DNA of 64,000 bases from Gracilinanus agilis (lineage: Eukaryota): assembly GCF_016433145.1 (NCBI RefSeq), contig NC_058132.1:488539694-488603693 (forward strand), written 5' to 3'. Below the pieces are notes generated by a model that was not told where the DNA came from, made no database searches, and worked only from the letters and a program-made list of their open reading frames with translations. The position numbers and the translations under genes are program-made. Positions 22,393 through 33,500 of the stretch are shown in pieces (position 1 is the first letter of the stretch; each line of letters opens with the position of its first letter).

Positions 22393-24128
22393 TCGCTTTC
22401 TCACTTTCTTTAAATATTCTTCAAATGTTTCTATTAAAATGTGTTTTAAACACCAGTGGTCTTCATTAACTGAGCCTTCCTAAGATATTTGAATGACTCA
22501 CATTATTTAGAATAGTTCTCTTTCAGTCATGAATTGATGGATGATATATAACTCTACTTTCAAAAATCTGCCTATAAATCAAAGACCAGAATTGCAATCT
22601 TCAAAGAAGTTTCAGAAGTCAGTTCTTGAGTAGATAAACAAATGGACCTTTTAAGCTCAGACTTTACTATCACCTTTTCTTCTGATAGCCAACTATTAAT
22701 AGCAACAGTTATCAAACTTTTATTTACTTAAAGCCTTTGACCCGTGCCCTTCTCAAATCCCATTATTTAAGAGTAGAGGATCTTCTGCTTCTGTCAGAGT
22801 ATTTCCTAAACCTCTAGTAAGTGTAGGGGTTTCTCCTACATCTGGAACTCGGAGCCTCACGATCTGCCCAGAGCTTAGTCTGGTGCCAGCTAATGGGGAC
22901 TTGGTCTCTGCAAACCTACCAATAACATAAACACATAAAAGTTATAACATATTTATTCTCAGCTAAACATGTTTAAAACATGTGGTTTAAAAAATTATTT
23001 AAATTAGTTATTTAATTAGATGAACAGGGAAAAACTATATATAGTATTAACTTGTACATTTTGCTCCTTTTAATTCCTTAATGCTTTCACTTGAAGGTGG
23101 AATGAAAGAGAACATTATTTGACTATTATGTGTCTGATTAAAACTATTAAAACTATGCTTTAGGCAGCCTTCATTAATTGTGGAGATTTTAACATTATTT
23201 TTTCTTTAGTTTCTTCCTGAAACAGAGGAGGGAGGAAGAGTGAGAATGAATTAAAAGAGAGAAATTAGATAAGTAGGTATTGGGAAGCTTTCTGCTAATA
23301 ATTAGATTGCTAATTCTGGCAACCTCTCTTTTTAGATCCTATTCAATTCTGTATCTCTTGAAAAAGTTGACTTGAGCAATATAATATCATTTAAAAAAAT
23401 AGAATAGAGCAAACTTTAGACTATGTTTCAATTTTTTTATTAAATATTTGAAAGTTTTTGAAGAACTTTACAAAAGTAATCTGACATTAGCATAGTCAAA
23501 TTTGGAAGGTTTCCTATTTGAAAACATGAATGTCCAAAAAGTAGATGTAGAGAAATGTGGGCAAGACTGATCTGACCATTTGTAAATAGTTATTGCAAAT
23601 TTTCAAAGAATCATTTTCCCTGGGCTGTTATTCTCTGAAATGTTATGTATGGCAATAGGAAAATGTGATGGCCATATTGAAAAAAAGAATACCCCAGTTG
23701 CTTTAGGAAGGAAGTCACACTATCAAACCTAAAGCCAGTGCTATCTTGACAATAGTTTGTGGGAAAATGAAGTTAATATAAAAATATTCAAAAACAATCT
23801 AACTCAGCCATATAGTTGGAAAGGATGGAAAACAAACTGCTAGAGTTTTTCTGTTTGTTTGTTTTTTATTGTCCAAAAGCATCGTTTGCTAAAGGAAGAG
23901 CCCTTATAGCCTTCAGATCTATTTCTAGCCTATTGAGAGACTTTCCTCCTATTTTGGTCAATTTTGAAGTTTTGTCTCATTCTGCATCTAGAGCCTATCG
24001 CTTCTCTGTCAGGAGGTGGGTAGCATGTTTCATCATTCTCTTTTTTTATAGTAACTTTGGGTGATAATAAACAAAACAAATCAACATTATGGAAAGAACT
24101 ATGATGACCTTTTAAAATGCCATTATAT

Positions 24129-25531
24129 GTAACCTAAATATTAAGAGTGAAATCATAAATTAGGTGTACATAGCATAGTATAACTGTCAGATCTATGGGA
24201 AAGGAAAGAATTTAAGACCAAGCAAGATATAGAAAACATTACAAAATATAAAATGAATAATTTTGATTACATCAAATTAAAAAGGTTTTGTACAAACAAA
24301 ACCAATGCAATTAAAATTTGAAGAGAAGCAACAAACTGGGAAAAAAATTTTATAACAAAACTCTAGGGCAGCTGGGTGGATTGAGAGCGAAGCCCAGACA
24401 CGGGAGGTCCTGGGTTCAAATTTGACCTCAAACATTTCCTAGCTTTGTGACCCTGGGCAAGTCACTTGACCCCCATTGCCTAGCCCTTACCATTCTTCTG
24501 CCTTGGAACCAATACATGTTCCAAGACAGGAGATTAGGGTTTAAAAAAAAACTGACAAAAGTTCTAGTTTCCCAAATATATAAGGAACTAAGTCAAATGT
24601 GCACGAAATCAAGCCATTCCCCAATTGACAAATGGTCAAAGGATATGAATAGGCAGTTTTCAGATGAAATCAAAACTATCAATAAGCACATGAAAAAGTA
24701 AATCCCTCCTAATTAGAGAAATGCAAATCAAAACAACTCTGAGGTACCACCTCAGCCCTAGCAGACTAATATGAAAGTAAAGGAAAATAATATTCGAAGG
24801 GATGTGGCAAAATTGGGATGTTAATACACTGCTGGTGGAGTTGTGAATTGATCCAACCATTCTGGAAGACAATTTGGAACTATGCACAAATGGCCTTAAA
24901 AGAATGCTTGCTCTTTGATCCAGCTATACCACTGCTGGGTTTGTACCCCAAAGAGATAATAAGGAAAAATGTTTGTACAAAAATATTCGTAACCATGTTC
25001 TTTGTAGTGACAAAAAACTTGGAAATGATCTGTCCCTCGATTGGGGGATAGCTGAACAAATTGTGGTATCTGATGGTGATGGAATACTATTGGGATGAAA
25101 GGAATGATGAAGTGGAGGAATTCCATGTGAATTGGAAAGACCTCCAGGAATTGATGCAAAGTGAAAGGAGCAGAACCAGGAAAATGTTGTACACAGAGAC
25201 TGATACATTGTAGGACCGTCAAATGTAACTCACTGCTACTAACAGCAACATAATGATTGAGGACAATCCAGAGGAACTTATGAGATGGAACACTATCCAC
25301 ATCCAGAGAAAGAACTGTGGGAGCAGAAACACAGAAGGAAAATATTTGGTTTTTCACTTGTTTGTATGGGTATTGGATGGAGATTATTACAAAAATGATT
25401 AATAAGGAAATAGGTATTGAGTGATAATACATGTATAACCCAGTGGAATTGGTTATAAGCTTTTGAAGAGGGCAGGGGAAAAGAGGAGGGAAAGTACATG
25501 AATCATGTAGCCATGGGAAAAAAATAAAAAT
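24129..25531 (+). mobile_element. 5'-truncated L1 (end of ORF2 plus 3' UTR) with a nested SINE at about 24365-24550
   Basis: Decayed L1 ORF2 C-terminal sequence (HCWWSCELIQPFWKTIWNYAQ...FDPAIPLLGLYPKE) and A-rich tail. 15-bp TSD AAAATGCCATTATAT at 24114-24128 and 25532-25546. Confidence 0.9.
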
Positions 25532-25547
25532 AAAATGCCATTATATA

Positions 25548-25750
25548 GGCCATCTATGTGATTCAGTGGATTGAGAGCCAAACCTACAGAGAGAAGGCCC
25601 TAGGTCCAAATCTGGCCTCATACACTTAACAAACTGTGTGACCCTGGGCAAGTCACTTAACTCCAATTCCTGAGCTCTTATCATTCTTCTGGCTTGGGAT
25701 CTATACTTAGCATCAATTCTAAGACAGAAGGTAATGGTATTTTTTTAAAA
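25548..25750 (+). mobile_element. SINE1-type SINE
   Basis: Diverged consensus match. Confidence 0.75.
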
Positions 25751-25849
25751 AGAGGTGGCAAGAATATACAGAAGACCCATACAAAAAAGATCTTGACATC
25801 ACTGATAGCCAGGAAGGTGTGGTTACTGATCTAGAGCCAAACATCCTAG

Positions 25850-26220
25850 AGAATATTTTTTCATATGACTATTCATAGCTTTGATTTCTTCATCTGAAAA
25901 CTCTGTTCATATCCTTTGACTATTTTTCAATTAACAAATGACTCATTTTTAGAAATTTGCCTCAATTTTCTTAGAAATGGGGTTTTTATCAGAGAAGCTT
26001 GCTGAAAAGATTTTTTCTAATTTTTCTGTTTTCTAATTTGGGCTGCATTCGAAAACTAATTTTATGTAATTATTTTACATTTTTTACATAATTTTATGTA
26101 ATTATTCAAAAACTAATTTTATGTAATCAGATTTATCCATTTTGCCTTGAACTCTTTCCTTAATCCAAAGATCTGACAGGTAATTTCTTCCATGTCCATT
26201 AATTTGCTTATGGCATGACC
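25850..26220 (-). mobile_element. Antisense L1 fragment
   Basis: tgatttcttcatctgaaaactctgttcatatcctttgac...atccaaagatctgacagg is typical antisense L1 ORF2 sequence. Confidence 0.65.
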
Positions 26221-27461
26221 CTTTAAATCATAATGTGTGTGTGTGTGTGTGCATGTGGCGGTCTGTCAGAGACACCAATAATACTATGGAAGCAGAAACT
26301 CCTTTCCCAATCACCTAAGTCAATGTTGCCTAGGGTAGAGGACTCTTAATAGAATAATTAATAGAACTTTAAACAAGATGACTAAAAATATCAGAGCAAC
26401 CCAATTGTCCAGTGCAAATCAAGATGAATATTTCCCTAGGTCTTTGGAAAAATCAGTCATTATCTACACCTCTTCTAGGGGATAATGAAGCGAGAGACTA
26501 CATTTCCCGAAACAGTCCATCTTGATGTTCAGAACAAAGACATGTTTGCAAAGGAGCAAACCTGGGAGGTTTATATGTCAAGAACACTTCTCTCATTACA
26601 TTGTGGGGAGTAGTACCTTTAATGGAAGAGATTACATAGCTGGAGAATTACCAGCCTTTTGAAAGGAAACCAAGATGCTATCAAGGAATGCAAATTATCC
26701 GGCATATAGAGGTGAACCCCTATCAGGTGAAAACCCTCTTGGATTAAGTACATTACTTTAGATGAGCTTTTTGAGAGATATTTAAGGACTAAGAAAATGG
26801 AGTTGTGATAAATATACTGAACCAAAAGTTGAGTGATGAATTTCAGGGTCATATTGTGTTGTACTGAGCTCTATCATTTGACAAGTCTTATGGATATATT
26901 TAACCAGTTGAATGACATGCCAAAATCTCACAGATAGGTCAAATATGTGACACACAAAGGCTTTGGGCATGTATGATTTATGTGTTAGAGTAGAACGTGG
27001 GGAGGAGTAGTTTTTGGCAGAGCCTAGAAGTGGCACCTATATAATTAGAGATAATATGCTGAGAACAGACATCTTAGAACTGGTACAGTCACTGGTATAG
27101 AAGATGGAACTCCAGGGTCATCAGTTCCAAAAAGGCTGAGGTATAGATAGGAGATATTGGTAACCAGGAGGGGGGATCAAGGTTTCCAATCTCTGGGATG
27201 CTGCTATTTATGACTTGTTCAGGTTCTGTTTTCAGTTTGGGGAGCAACCACATCTAGGGCTTAATCATTTTTTGTATCTTAGACTTCTTTGGTGGTCTTG
27301 TAAAATACTTAGGACATGTTCTCAGCTTCGTAAGAACACTTTTCTTAGAGGGAAATTTAGCAATTAATTTATTCAAACAATTAGTGAGTGTGCGTAGAAT
27401 AACATGTTCTCACTCATTCTCTTCTTCTAAATGGTAATCTAGTTGACCAGTCTCCTCAAAC

Positions 27462-27580
27462 TTAGAAGCCATGTCTCTTATAAAATTTACATCGGGCAAG
27501 AATATCATTGGAGTAGTCATTTTCTACATCAGTAGGAGTTACAAGGGCCTCAATCCCTGATCTGTAGGCGTAGAGACCAC
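27462..27580 (-). CDS. LYG2: LYG2 coding exon 5 (terminal)
   Basis: atttcag|GLYAYRSGIEALVTPTDVENDYSNDILARCKFYKRHGF-TAA; 119 nt. Confidence 0.95.
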
Positions 27581-30500
27581 CTGAAATAGAACAAAAGCAT
27601 TAAGACTGAGATGAGAAATGAGAATTGAAAAAAAAGAAGAAGAAGAGTACCCCCCCCCCCAAATGGGAACTAAATGAGAAATTTCAGCTAGAAGTAGGAC
27701 AGGAAAATGTCTATGATGGCAGATCACTGGTCAGTTTGTTTTTTGTTTTTCTTTTTTAAAGGAACTCTGTTTTTTTCCCTTTCTAAAAATATAGGATAAC
27801 CAGCAGACCACTTGGAAAATGTTGGCCTATCCTCTTGTATAGTCTAGTCCTGGTCAGAAGTAGACTCTCCACCCCCAGTTCATCTTCAGTGTAAGCATCT
27901 TTCAAAGTGTTGTTCTTATCCTATAGAATCTTGCTATTGTTAAGAGATATTTTTGCATCCAGGGATTTAAATTGAGCATCAGTAAGTCTTATTCTTTAAA
28001 AATATTTGTTAAGCCTATGCTTGTCCTAGGCAAAAGCATGGCAAGGAAAGTCACTTTCCCTTTTAAAAAAAATGCTCAAAAGAGCTGAGCCAGACGGCCA
28101 AAAAGCAGGCATGGCTATCGTTAGGCTATCTGGAAGATTTAGAGTTCGAATTTCGACCTTCTGGTTCGCCAAATTATAAATATGAAAAATAATAAAGGCT
28201 AGTATAAATATATAAATTAGTAATTTAATTAAAGCCATGCTGATAGATAAGTTATTAGACCACGCGCTTGTAAGCATTCATAATCTGCCGCCCTTGCCAT
28301 TACTGTCTCCTGTCTCCTCTCGAGTCTGCTGGCCAAGAGAGAGAGCCTTCCTCCTAACCCAGGAGATTATAAACTCCTCTCTGCATCGACGTAGGCCTCC
28401 CCACGCCCAAAGAACCGGAACCGGAAACCCGTTGGACCACGGGAAATGTAGTTTGATACATTTCCCAAATTTCACTTTTACAATATGTATAAAACTAATG
28501 ATGTAGACCTGGTCCATGACTTCAGGAGCTTTTCGTTTTGGTGATAGTAACTGTCTATATATGAATTTTTGTCTCCTCAGAGTCTCAGACTCTCAGAGTT
28601 AAAAAAGACTTCAGGATACAATTAGTCCAATCTACAGTAGAACAAGAATCTTCACTAGCAAATGATCACTCGGTCTTTTTGCTTAAAGACTTCCAGTGAG
28701 GGCCATCATGCTCCCTCTGCAGGCCAATTCTACTTCTAGTCAGCTTTAATCGATAATAGCTAGTATGGCACTTTAAGGTTTGCAAAGCATTTTACAGATA
28801 TCTCATTTGATCCTTACAGCAAACCTGGAAGATAAGTACTATTATCCCCATTTTGTGGATGAGGAAACTGAGGCAGACAAGTTACTTGACTTCCAGGATC
28901 ACGCATTTAGTAAGAGTCTGGGTCTGGATTTGAACTCTTTAGTCCAGCATTTATCCACTGCATCACCTTAATTACCTCTAAGGACTTTTCTCCCACATGA
29001 AGCCTCAGTTTGCCTCTGTGTAATTCCCATCCATTGATTCTAATTCTGCCCTAGAGCCAAAGCCTTCTCCAACTGCACAAACTCCAGTTCCTTCAAGTCA
29101 TCCTTGTATAAAACAGTTTCAGGAACCTTCAGCATCCTGATTGCCTTCCTCTGCATACACTCCACTTTATTTAAGTTCTACCTAGCGATTTAGGACAAAG
29201 AATGCTCTCCACCTCCAGAAAAAGAACTGTTGGCATTAGAATGCAGATGAGAGCATATGATTTTTCATTTGTTTATTTGAGTTTATGTTTTGGGATTTTG
29301 TTTTTATAAGATTACTTACAAAAATGAACAATATGGAAGTATATTTTGCATGATAATACTTGGATAACTCAGATCGAATTGCCTGCCAACATGAGGAGGA
29401 GGAGAATGAAGAGAGAGAAGTAAGTTCAATCATATAACTTGGGAAAATTATGTGGATATTTATTATTACATGTATTTGGTATAAAATATTTTTAAAGTCA
29501 GGTTATACTCCCACTAGCTCATTTCTTTTTAATCTAGAGCTCAAGAAATCAAACTGACCCCCATATGAAAGTGTCCTATCTGGAAATGGGAATTTTCCAG
29601 GGAGAAACGAACTCCCTATGTTTTCAACTTCTTCAGGGTTGCATTTCCTTTCACAAATCTCACCATGTCCTCAGCACCTGGAGAATTATTAGATAGCACC
29701 TCTGGCACCTCTCTGATTGGAGGATGGGGAGGCAGGATACCAAACTCCTCCCATTGCCTTGCTTTATAGTGGGCAGAAACTAGACTCAACCCAACCTACT
29801 TTGCATCTGCTCTTCTGCCTGGTTTCAACTCCAAGGGGCAAGGTTACCCCTTGCTGAGTATCCCCTGGAGTCTGGTCCCCTACTTCCTTCTTTCTCTTGC
29901 CTTCTTTTGTGTTCTGTCTTCCTCCATTAGATCATACCCTCTTTGAGGGCAGGACCTGTCATTTTATTAATTGTATTCTTACAGGTAGCTAGGTAGTACA
30001 GTGGATAGGGCACCAACTTGGAGCCCTGAGTTCAAATTTTACCTCAGACACATCTCAGCAGTGTGATCCTGGGCAAGTCATTTAGCCCCCATTGTCTAGC
30101 CCTTGCTACTCTTCTGACTTAGAATTGATTCTAAAACAGAAGGTAAGGATTTAAAAAAATTCTCTCCCCAACACTTAGTACAGTACTTCTAACTTAGTAG
30201 GTACTTAATAAATGTTTATTGGATAGATTGATAGATTTAGAATTGGAAAGGCCCTCAGAGGCTATTTAGTCCAAACCCCTAATTTTATTTTATTTTATTT
30301 TATTTTTTTTAAACCCTTGTACTTCGGTGTATTGTCTCATAGGTGGAAGATTGGTAAGGGTGGGCAATGGGGGTCAAGTGACTTGCCCAGGGTCACACAG
30401 CTGGGAAGTGGCTGAGGCCGGGTTTGAACCTAGGACCTCCTGTCTCTAGGCCTGACTCTCACTCCACTGAGCTACCCAGCTGCTCCCGAAACCCCTAATT

Positions 30501-33500
30501 TTATAGAGGAAAGAAGCCTACAGACGTTAAGTGATCTACCCAAGGTCACTGGGGAAAGTAAGGAGCAGTGACAGGATTTAAACCCAAGTCAAAGATTCAA
30601 AATCTCACACACAAAATCTCAAGACATTCTTTCTCACCACCTTGTTTCCAATATGGTGAACAGGGCTAATGAGACACTAAAGCACAGAATCCCTTAGAAG
30701 CCTTCAGTTTGACAGATTATTATCCTGAATAGGCCTTCAGTAGGCAAGTCCTCATTTACCAATATCAATTCAGCAACAGCTTCAGCGCTGTAGTAAGTAA
30801 AGGATAACATTCAGGTCAGAATTCCATTTGCTGCTCATTTCAACAAATAAACGTGACTCACCTTTCAGGTGTTGACTCATGCTCCATGTTGGGAATTTTC
30901 TCTGAATTGTCTTAATTGTGTCAGTTAGGATCTCTACGGCCTGTGTAAGGTGCTCTTGACTGTCCCAGGCTCCGGTGGGGTGATGACTATGTTTATCAAG
31001 CTAGATAAATGAAATAACACTCAGAATCCCTGGGAGAAATTTTCCTTTGTTGGCATTGCCTTTCAAATTTAGTTTTTAAATTTAGTTAAAGTAATTAAAT
31101 TATTCTCAAATTTTGAGCTTTTCTTCTTACTCTCAAAGAGCCAATTTTCAAATTATTTCTTTACTTCAATGAACAGAAAAAGATGTGTTGAAGTGAGTAC
31201 ATGGGTTGGGAGTCGGAAGACTTGGGTCATGTCCTGGCTCCACCACTTACTAGCTGTCAGCACAGGTAATTCATTAAATCTCTCTGAGCCTTAGTTCCCC
31301 CTTGTTTCAAACAGGAATAAATATTTACACTACCTATCTCAGAGGACTCTTGTGAGGATCAAGTATAATAATGTATGAATCACTTTGTAAACAATAAAAC
31401 ATTACTGTTATATATAGTTATATATATTGTTAATTATATCAAATAACAGCTATATGTAAATTAAATGATATCTGAAAATATATAGAAATAAATTATTTAA
31501 ATCATCACTTTAAAAAATAGGGGGGAAGGGAATGAGTATTGAACAGCTCCAGTATGAAAAAAAAATGAGATAACATTATTCAAAAGCAAACTGGATACTC
31601 AAAGGGCAGATCTTCACAGTTAAAGCAAAATGTACAAGTAAAACAGTCTAAAAATAATAGCTCATACTTGTGATAGCTTCTCTAGAAAATACACCTTCAT
31701 CAGTGTGATTAAAAACCCCATCAAAGGACCAGCATTCCTATTTCTATGACCCACTAAGGCAGTGATTCCCAAAATGGGCGCCACCGCCCCCTGGTGGGTG
31801 CTGCAGCGATCCAGGAGAGCAGTGATGGCCACAGGTACATTTATCTTTCCTATTAATTGCTATTAAAATTTTAAAAAAATTTATTTCCAGGGGGCTAAGT
31901 AATATTTTTTCTGGAAAGGGGGCGGTAGGCCAAAAAAGTTTGGGAACCACTGCACTAAGGATTACAAAGTACTTTTCTCCCAATAATCCCAGATACTATT
32001 CCCATTTTATACATAAAGAAACTGAAGCTGGGAGAAGGTAAAGGAGCTCACATTCACATAGTTAGGTAGGATAAAATTTCAATAATCCTCTTATGTATAG
32101 CAAAAACTAATTTCTAATAATGGAGTCTTTTACTGCATAGAATTAAAGCAATTATCTGGATAATTCAAAATCCCCTCCCTCCTTCCCCATGAACAATCTT
32201 TTATTGAAGAACGTAGGAATGAGGAATATTCCTTAATTAGTTAGAATTTTGGTCCAAAATGATAAAAAATGTATTCTCTTATTTATTTGTGCGATTGGAA
32301 AATAGTCTTTTGTTAATATAATTCTTTTCTTAAAATTAATTAGGCAAAATCTCCATCTATAGGCTTTTTTAAAAATAACATTTTCCCCATTTGAAGCATT
32401 TTCCCCATTGAAACTGCAGAGAGCCTCCAAGTCATGAAGACCCGAGTTCATGTGTATTGGTTCCAAGAAAGAAGAGCAATAAGGCCTAGGCAATGGGGTT
32501 AAGTGACTTGCCCAGGCTCACACAGCTAGTAACTGTCTGAAGCCAGATTTGAATCCAGGATCTCCCATCTCTAGGCCTGGCTCTCAATCCACTGAACCAC
32601 CTAGCTGTCCCCCTCTTACATTCTTATGAGGCATCTTTTAGAGTCACCCATGCCTGAGAGGCCCTACAGAAAAATGTTGAGTAGAAACCATTCATTATTT
32701 CAGAAACCATTCATCATTAGATGAGGAAACCAAGGGCTAGAGATGAAATGACTTGTCCAAGATTATATAAGTAGCAAATTGAAGGGCTGAGATCTTAACC
32801 AAGATCATCTGATTCCATATCCAACCTTCTCTCCTCTGTATCACATTTTCCTCCCATTAAGGGGCCATAACAGATAGGGTTTCTGGTTTTACTGATGTTT
32901 GGGTGGAAAGGAGAGCATCAGTGCTGACTGTAGGTACTGCTTCTTGACAGTTACCTGCATCAAACCAAATTTAAGTCCTTGATGGTCCCAGCCATCTTGT
33001 AGCACAGACCCAGCATGGGTCTCTCTGGAGATAATCCCAGCAATCAAAGCAGGATCTACACATTGTTTCTGTCCAACAGTTTTTATCATAGTTTGATATT
33101 TCCTCATAAGTGCCAAATCCATCTCAGCAAACATTTCTGAGCCACGGATCCCTACAGCAGAAATAGAAATAGTTATGCTTTTTCCACTTCTCTAATTCAT
33201 TTTCTCTATTCTTAAAAGTGACTATGAATTTTTTAAAAATCTAGAAGAGTTGGGAGAGTTGTTTGAAACAATCTGATGCCATTTGACTAGTTCAAGGTCA
33301 AACAGAAGCCTCAGACAACTGAAATTTCCTGACTCTTATGTTGTGTTCTTCTAACTATAGGTAACTCTTCCACATCATGACTTTCCCCGGCAAAGTTAAA
33401 ATATATTGTGGGTCTAGGCATAAGAAATTAATGGGAATTTGGGGGGAGTTTTGTGGAAACCACAGGTGACACAGAAAAAGTTTAGAAACTCAGAGATGCA

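Noticed and set aside
24896-25432. 178-aa minus-strand ORF and similar ORFs at 40188-40418 and 51800-52129
   Set aside because: These are incidental frames of L1 ORF2/3' UTR fragments, not host genes.
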